From NCBI RefSeq assembly GCF_018350175.1, contig NC_058383.1:6388001-6448000 (forward strand): a DNA stretch of 60,000 nucleotides, written 5' to 3'. How positions within the stretch are numbered: position 1 is the stretch's first letter; each line of letters begins with the position of its first letter. The position numbers and the translations under genes are program-made. The notes below the pieces were generated by a model, which searched no databases, was not told where the DNA came from, and saw only the letters and a program-made list of their open reading frames with translations. The DNA is from Felis catus (taxonomy: Eukaryota). Below are positions 12,882 through 26,400 of this stretch, piece by piece.

Positions 12882-14503
12882 CTTCAGGGAAGAAGAGACA
12901 CTATTATACCTGCAGGCTCCCAGCATGTTATTGCCTTACCGGTGACTCTTTAACATCTTCTATGGATTAACAATTTGATCTAAATCAGCCTCAAGGCTCC
13001 CTCAGAAAAGAGGGTGAAGGAGAAGAGCACCGAAATATTTCTCAGGCTCTACCTGAAATACAGTTTATGTGTGTGGTAAAACATACGCGCCATAAAATTC
13101 ACCACTTTTAACCATTTGTAAGTAGAGAGTTCCATGGCATCAAGTTCCTTCACATTTCTGTGCAACCACGACCATCCGTTTCTAGAACTTTCTTGTCATT
13201 TCAAACCCAAGCTCTGTACTTATTAAACACTAACTCCTGAATATTTCCTTCTCTTCCAGCTCCTGGCACCCACCATTTTCCTGCAAGCCTCTGTGGGTTT
13301 GATACTCCTAGGTCCCTAATGTAAGTGAGATCATATGGTATTTGTCCTCTTGTGTCTGGATTATTTTTAAGTGCAGTCTTGATACATAGAACAGTGCCCT
13401 TACAGTGAGTAAGGACACAGTGTAGGTAGTTGTTACTTCTACATCAGAAGTCTTTAGCCTGGAGCCCTTGGATGAGTCCTAGGAATCTGAAACTCCTTTG
13501 AGAGATGGGTTTCCTACTTACAAAGTTTTGTAGGAGCCTTAACCCAGAAGATGCTGATTGCTGTTGTGGGTCCTCTCTGTTTGGAGAGCACCCCCTTGGT
13601 CCCAAACCAGTATTGACTGACTTCAGGTAGCAACAAACCACCAACATGGTCGTATTTGTTGTATGGCTCTGGATTTTGCTGACGATTCCAATTTGATGCC
13701 TAATGGAGTGTCACTCATTCCGTAAAACCCCAGCCCTATGTTTAGTGGGCCACTTAAGAACTTTGAGCTCACCTTCATATGAACACTATCTAACGCAAAC
13801 GCAACTCAAAACCACAATAAGCCACAACTTCATACCCATTAGAATGACTAGGATCAAAAAACCAGAAAACAACACGTATTGGTAAGGATGTTGAAAAATG
13901 GGAACCCTTGTGCATTGCTGGTCGGAATGTACAATGATGCATTCCCTGTGGATAGTAGTATAGCAATTCCTCAAAAGTTAAAAATAGAATTACTATATGA
14001 CCCAACAATCCCACTTCTGTATATATACCCAAAAGAACTGAAAGCAGGAATTCCAAACAGTTATTTGTTTGGTATTTGCTCATACTCAAAGCAACATTAT
14101 TCCCAATAGTCAAAAGAACAGTCCGAGTAAAGATCCATGAGGAATGGATAAACCAAAATGTAGTATATACACACAATGGAATATTACTCAGCCTAAAGAA
14201 AATAAAGGTGATTCTGACACCGGCTACAACATGGATGAACCTTGAGGGCATTATGCCAAGTAAAATGAACCAATCACAAAAGCACAAATACCGTATGATT
14301 CCACTTACATGAGCTATTTACAGTAGTCAAATTCACAGAGACAAAATGTTAAATGGTGGTTGTCAGGGACTTCGGGGGAGGAAGAATGGGGAGTCCATGT
14401 TTACTGGGAACAGAGCTTCACTTCGGAAACATGAAAGAGTTCTAGAGAGGATGGTGGTGACTGCTACCCAGCAACGTGTAAGTTTTTTTTGTTTGTTTTG
14501 TTT

Positions 14504-14543
<40 letters not shown>

Positions 14544-17500
14544 CGCGCGCGCACACACAGGGGAAGGACAGAGGGAGAAAGAATCTTTTTTTTTTTTTTA
14601 ACATTTATTCATTTTTGAGAGACAGAATAAGAGTGAGGGAGGGGCAGAGAGAAAGGGAGACACAGAATCCAAAGCAGGCTCCTGGCTCCGAGCTGTTAGC
14701 ACAGAACTCAGTGCAGGGCTTGAACTCATGAACCTCGAGATCATGACCTGGGCTGAAAAGTCAGACACTCAATCTAGTGAGCCACCCAGGCACCCCAGAG
14801 ACAGACAATCTTAAGCAAGCTCCACACTCCACTCTGAGCCGACTTGGGGCTCAAATCTTAAGACTTAGGTTTGATCTTATGATCCTAGGACCATGACCTG
14901 ATCCAAAATCAAGAGTTGGATGTTTAACCAACTGAACCACCCGGGTACCCCTGTGAAGGTACTTTTAATGACCCTGAACTATACACTTAGAAATGGTTAA
15001 AATGTTAAGTTTTATGTTGCACATATTTTATTAAATAAAACACATATAAAGAAATGTCTAATGCTGTCTGATCATTATTCCCTGCTCCTGCAGAAAAGTT
15101 AAAAGCCTTGTGTGCAGTTTATCCCAAACCCTGTGTTCTGGAAAGAAACAAAATGCAGTAAGTAGCAAAATCATTTTTCAGAAGCTGGGACTGCCTTAGT
15201 TGGGTTTTTCAGTAAAAATAATAATAATAATAATTTCAGGGGTGCCTGGGTGGCTCAGTCGGTTAAGCATTCGACTTTGGCTCAGGTCATGATCTTGCCT
15301 TTCCCAAGTTCAAGCCCATGTCAGACTCTGTGCTGACAGCTCAGAGCCTAGAGCCTGCTTCAGATTCTGTGTCTCTGTCACTCTCTCTCTCTCTCTCTCC
15401 CCCTTCCCTGCTCATGTGTCTCTCTCTCAAAAATAAAAACATTTAAATAGAGATAAAAAATAAATCACTTCAGCATCATAGCCCCTCCCTCCTGCTCCCT
15501 TCCTCACCACAAGAGGAAAGCAGGGGGAAAGACAAAAAAAAAAAAAAAAAAGAACAAAATTCTAAACCAGAGACAGCAGGGCAAGCCTTTATGGGACTAG
15601 AGTGATTTCCAGGAGCCGGGAAGCTGCCCCTCAAAGGCAGCCCATTCAACATGGACAGGGGGAGAAACTCAGAGCTAAGTCGAGCTAAGTCACAAGAGAA
15701 GCCCACCTGTCCGGTCACCCACCTCCCAGGGGCAGCACAGGCACCTGCCCAGTGATCACCTGCTAAGGTGCCTCACCAGGAGGTGTGAGTGCTCCTACCC
15801 GCTCTGCAATCACTTACCTCACAAAAATGGTTCTCGATAATGTTCAAAGCAGTCAGGGCAACCTGAGGGTTCTCATGAAGTTGCAAGGCCTCAATTTTAT
15901 CAACACCACCGATTTCTTCTATCAGGAGACACATGTTTTCCTTCTCTGAAAGCTTCTCTGCTGCCTGTGGGTATGTAAGAAAAAAAGCTCTTTGGAGGCG
16001 GAGCTTCGCCTCAGGGGAGTCAAAGGCTCCTGTTCCAGAATGGGCAGCCATAGTTTTATTTTTCCCTAATTAAGACTGCAGGATCTTACTCCTCTTTGGG
16101 GTATTTATAGTACACATATTTAGGTTTATATTAATTGCACAAAATACAATTTTTGCCAAGTAAGCTGCCCTCCACAAATACATTGCTATTACTGTTTAAT
16201 AGCCATCTCCCTTCTAATTAATGGAAATGGTTTAAAATACAGTTTGAGGGGGGCACCTGGGTAGCTCAGTCGGTTAAGCATCAGACTTTGGCTCAAGTCA
16301 TAATCTCACAGTTCGTGAGCTCGAACTCCACTTTGGGGGAGCCCTGCTTCTCTGTCTCCCCTTCTCTGCCCTTCATGGTATTCTCTCTCTTCCCCTGTCT
16401 CTCTCCCCTTGCTCACTTGTGCCCTCTCACTCTCAAAAAAAAAAAAAAAATAGTAATACAGTTTGAAAGAATGTTCAAGTAATGCTTTATTTTTGAGAGA
16501 GAGAGAGAGCATGAGCAGGGGAGGGGCAAACAGAGAGGGGACAGAAGATCTGAAGTGGGCTCTGCACTGACAGCAGTGAGCCCAATGTGGGGCTCAAACC
16601 CACAAACCATGAGATTACAACCTGAGCCAAAGTCAGATGCTCAACCGACTGAGTCACCCAGGCACCCTAAGGAATGCTATTTAAATAGAAGTGTTCTGGC
16701 CCTACCCTCACCATAAAGCCTTGAGAGGTAAGACTAAGGGGACCCTGAGCAACACCATGGCAAATAACCAAGTCCCTGGAAACAAATAACATGAGTGGAT
16801 TTGATCCAATGCTCATCATCGGATTTATCATCTGGGGCTGTTCATTCATTCAAACACTTGTACATAGACTGTGGGCGAGGCCTACAAAACTAGAGCTCAA
16901 GATGGGATTTAGAAAAGGCCTTTTCATAACTAATTTTTGGGGCAGTCAGGTAGATAATTGTCGCAATACAGAAAGTAGAACACAGTAAATGATCAGTGGT
17001 TTACGTTATAGAAGATGTGCATAAAAGGCTTGGGAAGTAACACACCTTCTTGAAAAACAGTGCTGCGCCAGGGCCAACCATAGGAAACTCCCAGCATTCC
17101 CAAAACAAGGAATGGCAACGACAACTTTTTGAAGGGTTAAGTGTTGCTTATTAGGAGAAGAGGGAATAATCCAGCTAGCTAAATAGCCTATTTGGGGAAA
17201 GAGAAATAAAGAAGCAGCTCTGGTGTCATCTCCAAAGGGCTCTGCTCTTTATTTTGTGAGCAATAAGAAAACCTCCTGTGGTCCAAATTAAACCTTATTT
17301 AGGTCACACCGTCTACCTGATGAGAGTCTGTACTGTTTTGTCTAAAGCTGGACACTCTTTGGTCCTATCTGGGGTCCAAAATGAGTTTTGGCTTTCAGTG
17401 AAGAAACCAAGGCAGGACCAATGAGCTAGGATAGCCTCAGAAAGAAAGCTGGGGGATATGGGATGACCCAGGGCAAGCAGAGCCCTGGAGAAGGATTCTG

Positions 17501-19898
17501 GATGTTGGCAGAAGAGCAAACAGCCCCAAAGTCACTTCAAGCTGCACTCTGCCGGCCATTAGAGGCTCTCTGCTACCTTGTCCTCCTAACCTGCTATTCC
17601 AGTGCCTTTCTCTGATCTATCAGATGTGGTTTTCCCAGATGCCTCCAAGGAAAAAAAATCCCAAATGTTTAATTCAAATGAAACAGATGAAGTTCAATTT
17701 CTCCAGCCCACAAGTGTGCTTTCACCAATGTGTTATGTCGTTATGTCCAACTTTGTCTACAGGCGGCCAAGTCTCTATGCTTCATCCATGTGATTTGCTC
17801 AGTCTTCATGTCTAATTGGGTGCTATTTCAAATCTGTTCTTGACTCAGGTCAGTTCTTTCTAAGACAGTTACATGAAAAGGATGATTAAAGTGAGCTTTT
17901 AAAAGGAATCCCCTGGTGTTACTTTGAAATTCTTCAAACGGCTTCATCGCATATAAAAGGACCTTAACCAGATGAATATAGCCAGCCTTCAAGATGGCCT
18001 CAGATGATCTCTAACTCCTGATATTCACACCCTTGTATAGTTTCCTCCCATGTTGAGTGGGGCTGATCTGTGTAACCAATAGGACCATGTTGTTGGAATG
18101 ACTTCCAAGGTTAGGTCATAAAAGCCACTGGGGCGTCCACCTTGCTTTCCTAGATTGCTTGTTCCAGAGGAAGCCAGCTACCATGATGAGAATACACATA
18201 AATGGTCCTATGAAGAGCTCCAGGTCCAGGAAAGTGACAACTTTCCAGGCATATGAGTGAGCCATCTTGAAAGCTGCTCCTCAGCTTCCATCAAGCCTTC
18301 AGATGAAACTGCAGCCCCAGTTGACACCTTGAATCTCATAATAGACCCTGAGCCAGAATCATCTAGCTAAGCTATCCCCAGATTCCTAACCCCAGAAACT
18401 AGATGAGATAATAAAGTAAAAGCTTGGTTTGGGAACATAATTCGTTCCAGAAACATGCTCGTAATCCAACACACTTGTCTATCAAAACTAATTTCCCTGA
18501 AAGAAATAATGGGAACTCAGATGAATCATTCCACAACCCCAAAATATTCATATAAAAATCATTAGAATACTGTAATATAATACAAAATAAATACAAGGTA
18601 TAAAGAAACACTGATTAACCTGCACTTATCTTTGAAAATCTTTATGGCTGGTGTGAAGGAGACAAGGGAGAGGAGGGTTATTGTGTGGGACAAACTTCAC
18701 TATCACTAACGGAATCACTGCTATCTATTGGCTCAATAGAATCTTTTTCTTTTCATGCAACTTTAACAAGGAGCCTATCCGATGACATTGCTTTTGCTCC
18801 TTTTGAGGATTTTGCGGAAATAACATTGCATTGTTGTTAAACAGATTAATTGCTCACACTGCTACAGTCTTATTTGTGTGGTGCTTTTCTACAAAATTTT
18901 GCACTGTCTCCCACATTTCACACATCTCCATAATCTCATTTGAAGTGAGGGATTCCTCTGCCTTTTTCTTCTCTCCTCTGCAGAGGCGATCTCCTGCAAA
19001 ACCTCTTGCTGTTACTCACGAAGCAGATCCATCAGTCTGTCAGTGGTCAGCTCCCGGCCATGTTCCCCTACCAGCTCTTGAATGTCATCCTCCTTCACCT
19101 CCAGTCCCATGGCCTTTCCCAAGAACACAATTTCATCAACAACTGCTGGCTCCTATTCATAAGCAAGCCCCTCTAAGTCATGTCCAAGAATGCAATCGGG
19201 CCACAGTTTTCTCCAAGCAAAATCAAGGGTTCTCTCGGTGATCCCATACCAGGCTTTATCAATGATCTTGAGGCAGTTCATGATGTGCAAATGATTTTTC
19301 CAAAACCCTCGGAGGGTAAGGTTTGTTTCTTTGGTCACCTTGAAGCATTGCTGAAATAGTGCTTTGCTATGAAGCTTTTTAAAGTTCGAAATGAACCTCC
19401 TGATCCATGGGCTAGAAAATTGGAATGGTGTTGGGAGGAAGGAACTTGACCTTAATGAACTCAAGTTCCTTCAGTAAGTGGTCCTCAAAGCCTGGCAGGT
19501 GAACAGGAGCATTATCCATAACCAGTAAGGTTTTGTGTGACAAATTCTTTTCTAAAATTCTGCAGGACTGAAGGCCTCATTGATCCACCCAATGAACAAG
19601 ATATGAGTGACCCAAGACTTACTGTTGGACCTCCACATAATGTTTAACTGGCTCTTCTGCACCTTGCATTTCTTGAAGGCTCATGGATTCTTGGAATCAT
19701 ACATGAACAGGGGCTTGACTTTAAAATCCCCACTTGCGGGGCACCTGGCTGGCTCAGTAGGTTGAGTAGGTGGCTCAGTAGGCTGACTTCGGCTCAGGTC
19801 ACAATCTTGCAGTTTGTGAGTTTGAGCCCCACATCTGGTTCTGTGTGGACAGCTCAGAGCCTGCTTAGAATTCTGTGTCTCCCTCTCTCCCTTTTCCT

Positions 19899-19986
<88 letters not shown>

Positions 19987-22900
19987 AATAAATAATCATT
20001 AAAAAAACTAAAATAAAATCCCCACTTGTGGGGCACCTGGGTGGCTCAGTCAGTTAAGTTTCTGACTTTGGCTCAGGTCATGATCTCATGGTTCATGGGC
20101 TCAAGCCCCACGTCAGACTCTGTGTGGACAGCTCAGAGCCTGGAGCCTGCTTCAGATTCTGTGTCTCTGTGTCTGTCTGTCCATCTCTCTCTCTCTGCCC
20201 CTCCCCAGATTGTGCTCTCTGAATAATAAACTTAAAAAATTATTAAAAACAAAATAAAATCCCTGCTTGCATTAGCACCAAGCACGAGGGTGAGACGGTC
20301 TTTTGTGGGCTTGAGACTGGGCATTATGTGCTCTTATCTTGTAATGTCGGTCCTCTTTGGCATCTTTTTCCAAAAAAGCCCTGGCTCATCAAGTTAAAAA
20401 CTTGTTCTGGCAGGTCACACTTGGAAACCATGAGCTTCTGGAACTCGGTGGCAGTAGCTTTAGCTGCCTTAGCGTCAGAACTCGCAGCCTCTCCATGTCT
20501 CGCAACACTATGGATGTCACTTCTCCTCTTAAAGTTATCAAACCAGTCCCTGCTTGCTTTGAAGACTTCATTTTCTGTTGACATACTGGCAGTTTACTGA
20601 CAGGGTTGGTGTACAAGGCCTTTGCCTTCTTGCAGACAAAGTTCTTGGGCACAGCATCACCTGCTAGTTTCTTCTATCTAAAACAGAAGCAACTTTTCTC
20701 CATCTTCCAGAATATGTGGCCATTGCTTTGATATTTGATATCCTTTTGCTGCATCCAGCCCCCTTCTTTCTTCTTTAATATTGTGCAAATGGTCAACGTC
20801 GACTTCTTCTAAAATCTTGCAGTTTTAGCCACTCACATACCTCGTTCATACTTCTTGATTTCCTTCGTCACTTCCACCGTAATCATCTCCTTATTACCAT
20901 CTTTCTTTTCAATCTTTTTCTGCCTGGGGGCCAGGTCTAAGCTCGCATGGATGCTGACTACAGTAATTATTAAACTCTTGTCATATACTGTATTTAATGT
21001 AACTAGCAATAAGGCATAGAGTAAAGGGTCTATATCTACAGGCAATCTGACCTAGAATGGGAGAATTCCTAAGCTTACTCTTGTATGGAAAGGCAAAGGA
21101 CTGTCCACAGGTGCTTTGAAGTGACAAAAAATGCACTAGTGCCAGTTGTGGGCACCTTCCAACATTCTGAAAAATCGTCAATTTCTGCCAAACACTGCAG
21201 CCTGAAACTGAGCATCCAAGCATGGAAGATGATCGCCCACAATCCAGTAGCAAGAGAGAGAGAAGAACCATTGGCTCAGTTGTGATCATGGGACATTCGG
21301 CATCATGTATGACTTGTATTGCAAGGCATAGATTGTTTATCAGGTTAAAACTTATTAGAAATGTTTGCTTGTCTTGTAGAACATGCACAGAACAAGTTAC
21401 TCACAATCCAAGGTTTTATTGTATTTGTTTTAGACCAGTAGGGAGTAACTGATCATGCAGCAATATAGAACTGACACAAATGGTTTATGAACATTGGCTT
21501 AATTTGCCTTTATTTAAGAAATAAAACTTTCCTGGAGTTCTAATTCAAGGCTTTGTAGTCCAATTTCAGCATCCATCTCTGCTAACTTCTTGCTTCTCTT
21601 TCAGGTGTATCCTATGTTTTAGCCTTCTAGAAGAGCCAGCCATGTGGTGTACAGGACTGCTTTTCCCGGCTTCAAACATTTGATTGGTTTCTCCATCTCA
21701 CTCAGAGTAAGCCAAGGTTTTCACATACCTTATGTGATATGGATGCTCTGAGCCTGACCACCACCTTCCATCCCTTTGCTCCCGCCCATCCTTGAGCCCT
21801 CTTTCCCCAGATATCCATAAGATTCACTCATTTCTCTTTGGTCTTTGCATGCATGTTCTTCCTGAGACAAGTTTCTCCTGACTACTACATTGATGGGATC
21901 ACCATTACCTTCCTGCTCTGAGCCATCAGCGACTGACCCTTCATCACATAAACTCCCAGTTGTTGGGTCTGTTTCTCTCCCCATTAATATATAAGCTCTA
22001 CCAGAGCAAGGACTTTGTTCTGTGGTATCCTGAGCATCTGAAACAATGTTAGGCATATGGTCACTCACTTGAAAAAATGAAGATGGGCCTTCTTTGAAAG
22101 GCCTCTTGTTTTTGTTTTCCATAGGATGCATGAATAGGAGGAGGGTTGGGGGAGTGGAAAGAGAATCCACATAGGGGTTTTAAGAACCAAAATAAATGCC
22201 TTCGGTTTGGAGACTGCTATTTCAAAACCAACCTACTTAAAAAAACAAAACAAAACAAAACAAAACCCAACCTGCTTAGAGCAGCTCACCTTGAGGATAA
22301 GAGAGATAACATCAAGGATGATGGTAACAATTTTGGGGTCTTGGATGGTAAGCAGATTCACCAGTGGCTCCAAGACTCCAGAGTGGACAAGCTGGATCAA
22401 CTGGTCTATGGTGCCTCCAGTTGTGAAGTTTGCCACGGTCCAAACAGCCTCTTTCTGGACTTTAAATTCTCCCTGAATAAACAATGTTTACAATCTTTAT
22501 GGATCCTTAAGAACTTAAATATAGCAATGCTAACTTAGTTCAATTTCTAGGTAGGCTGGTGACAGCCAAGACTGTATATATAATTTACGTCGAACACATC
22601 AGCAATTTGCCTCTAGTTCTTGAACAGAGGATAGCACCTTTGAGAAGCCAAGGAGCAGACAGGCTCCCATTAGGACTTAGAGGGAAGTTCTAAGTTGGAA
22701 TGGACTCATTTCCTTAAGTCAAGTTATGGGAATAATATAACGAACATAAACCAATCCAGATAATCTATATATATTAGAAATTATCCTTGGAATTATTTTA
22801 TTTTTTAACTTTTGAGAGAGAGAGAGACAGAGTGTGAGGAGGGGAAAGGCAGATGCCCTTAGTCTTTCGGATGCAGGGAAACTATGGACAAGAAGCTCCA

Positions 22901-23213
22901 TAGCTACAAAGCTGAGCACACAAAGTGATCTCAGGGAATGAGCCAGACCAGAGGTGTCAGAGGAAGACCATTGAAATATCACTCAATGCATTCCTTGCAT
23001 TTGTAAGAAACACTTTGCCCAGAGATCTGGGAGTCATTTATCATAGATCCTTCTATCCCTGTGCAGAAGGAGTTATTCCCATTTTATGGCTGGGGAAAAC
23101 TGTGACCTCAGTGTAAAAAGAGAAAGAAAGGAAAGAAAGGAAAGAAAGGAAAGAAAGGAAAGAAAGGAAGGAAGGAAGGAAGGAAGGAAGGAAGGAAGGA
23201 AGGAAGGAAGGAA

Positions 23214-23303
<90 letters not shown>

Positions 23304-23428
23304 AACTCAATAACCAAAAACAACTTTGGGCTCCAAGCCAACTGTAGTTCAAAAAGCAATTTGAAGTAAGATTACTTCTTGATTCAAGGCTGGATGTCTT
23401 TTTAATTTTTTTTTAATGTTTATTTATT

Positions 23429-23487
<59 letters not shown>

Positions 23488-26400
23488 TGAGACAAAGAAT
23501 CCCAAGCAGGCTCCAGGCTCTGAGCTGTCAGCACAGAGCCCAATGTGGGGCTCGAACTTAGGAACCATGAGATCATGACCTGAGCTGAAATCGGACACTT
23601 AACTGACTGAGCCACCAGGTGCCCCCATGACTGGAGGTTTCTGATGAGAATCTATATAGACTCATGGTAGCACACAGGATAGGAAGCATCTAATAGATCA
23701 AAAGATGCCTTGATTCAGGTTGCACACCTAGGAACCCACCATCCAACCCCAGGACAGGAACACCACCGGCAGCTTCTCTTATCCCATCCTATTCCACTTG
23801 CCTCCCTGCCCCCAACCAGACAAAACCACTCCTGGCTTTTGTCACCTATAGATGATTAAACTGAGCCCATCCATTCAAAGGGGACAAAAAGAAATGCTGA
23901 CGGATAGGAGTTGTCCTGGGGAGGGAAGTGGGAATCTGGAGGAAGAAGGAGGTTTTGTTTTACTTCTACTCTTATATCTGGATTTTCAGTATATATTACC
24001 ACTCCAATCAATGTGATTTTTTACGCTGAAAAAAATCCAGTGTACAATATCACTATAACCCAATAGGTTCTTCCTCCTCTAACAGAACAAAACTTCCCCC
24101 TCTCTTGACAAGTAGAGTGGATGCCACATTCTTCTAACACCAAAGATAAGCCAATATTTACCAGCTCAGGATTTTTTTTTCTGAATATTTGAGCTGGCGG
24201 GGGTGGGGGGGGGGCAGGGGTGGGAGGGGTCACCTTTTCATTGAACAATGCTTGTTTAGTCTCCTAAGTCTTTAATGGGTTGTCCAAAATGGATGCCTCT
24301 TCCTTTTTTTTTTTTCCCCCCCAGGGAGAATTAGGAAACTAAGGTTTCATAGCTCTGTTGTGATCTCGAGTAATTTGCTTCTTAGGTGGTGTCTGAACTC
24401 CTGAAGGGGTTCAACGTGGGGCCAATTGGAAAACAGCCTTTTGTCACAGAATGCACCACTTACATTTTTTAGCAGAGCCACCAAGGGAGGCAGCGTGCCA
24501 CAAGCAATCAGCTGCTGGATGTGCTGGCAGGGCCCTGCAGCCACGTTGCTCAAGGCCCAAGCCGCCTCCTTCTGGATGGAGGACCTGGGATGCATCAGGA
24601 GCTGGGGCAGCACGTTCAGGATGCCCGCGTCAATGGCCACCTGGGTCTGGTGATCCGTTCCTGTGACGATGTTCCCCACGGTGCGGAGAGAGGGGGTCTG
24701 GAAGAACAAGGCTGCAAGTGTAAGCAAGCTTTGCCAATTTATCACAACAGAAGGGGACAGTCACACCAAGCTATGTGCACTCCCAAATATGCGTCCTGCT
24801 GTGTTGATGGTGCTCAGGAAACCTGTGAATGATGATCAAATCCATGATCTTTATTAATTCAGCACATCCGTAGCCATTTGCATAGTTTGAAGGTACTTGC
24901 TAGCCTCTCAACAGTTCCAGGTTCAGTGAGACAGAGGTCAAGGGATGGCTTTATTAAGAAATGACGCTGTCCTTCCATAATCTTACACTGGGAAAATCGC
25001 TAAATTGATTACAGTATTTATAATGTGGTAACTTCTACTGAATTTGTATTTAGCAGGAGTGTCAGGTTCCTGCTGTATATTTAATTGGAGCTAATGAGAT
25101 CCCAATGGCATTTGTTGATGTGTTCACAAACACCCTCTCAACTCTGAAGGTCCCCAGGATGGGTCTGCAATTGGGCTCAAGACAACAGTCCTCTGAGGGC
25201 TGACTGTGCATTCATTCTGGTTTCTCTGCACTGTAGTGGCTGCCCCAGCACAGACCACCAACAGTTCTAGAGTTTTCCTAGCCTTTCATGCTAGGTATCT
25301 GCTACTCAAGTGAGAGGTGGAATAGGCCAATCACAGCCTTGGAAGGATGGTTCCAAATGGGCCCTCGACACCCAGGACATACAGCTTCTTATTTCTTCTT
25401 ATTCTCTTCATACCCTCCCTCCTCTCAATATCATCCCCCCAAACTAACCTTGATGTCTGAATAATATTATGCTAATCTAGGCACAGATGATTGCGAAGCC
25501 TGCATAAATATACAAGGCTAGCCATAGAAGTCAAAAGGGGCACCCATGTTTTAAGGCATATCTTCAAGAAGCTTCTAAGTGACATGTTTCCTATCCTAGC
25601 CAAGTATTTGATGTTGACTTTGTTTCATTTTTACCTAGACTATTTCAGTAGTCTAATAACAAACTGGGGAGAGGATAAGAGGGAATTTTCTTTTACCCTC
25701 GAGTAAGAAATTTAAATGTTATAATGAGCTTTATGTTAGCACACACATGCACACACTCACGTATACCCTGCATTAGCCAACTGGTTAACATCCACATGCA
25801 CAGACCACTGGAAGGAAAGGCCACAAAAGGGTGGAGGGACCAGAAGCAATTTCAATGTGCTGCTTTTCTATACTTTCTAGTTACCAGATTAAGAAAAAGT
25901 AAGTTACTTAACATCCACTAGGCTTTTCGATCAAAATACATTCAAGTCCTTGGCTAGACAGTAGCAGAGACCAGGGCAATGCAGACCACAAGCTTTGTTC
26001 TAGGTAAAGTATTAGAGCTGATGGTGGGAGAGGTCTCACTCAAGTGAGTATGACTCCCACATTCTAGTTGGAAGGTTCATGCAGAGACAGGCAGGACCAG
26101 GGACATTTACCAAGATATTGAGCTCCGAGCTGGTCATGAGCTGGACCAGCCTGGGTAGGACGCCCGTGTCTACCACTTGGCCGATGCGCTCATTACAGCC
26201 ATCACTGAGGTAGGACAGGGCCCAACAGGTGTCCGAGAGAACCTCGCCATCTTCATGCTGCAGGAGGTGGAAGAGCACGGGCAACATTTGCTTCACTGCT
26301 TTCTTGCAGGGGTAAGGGCTCTTGTTTCGGCAGAGGTTGGACAAAGTCCATGTGATGTTCCGCAGAAACGTGATCTGTAACAAGGAGACTGCTTCCAGCA

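Noticed and set aside
18831..21388. Possible intronic TIGD/CENP-B-like domesticated gene
   Set aside because: The transposase is broken by multiple frameshifts, stops and two SINE insertions, and retains TIRs, so it is a fossil transposon.
23053..23359. ORFs with RKE/SFL repeats (similarly 44516-44888 and 11624-11925)
   Set aside because: These are microsatellite translations.
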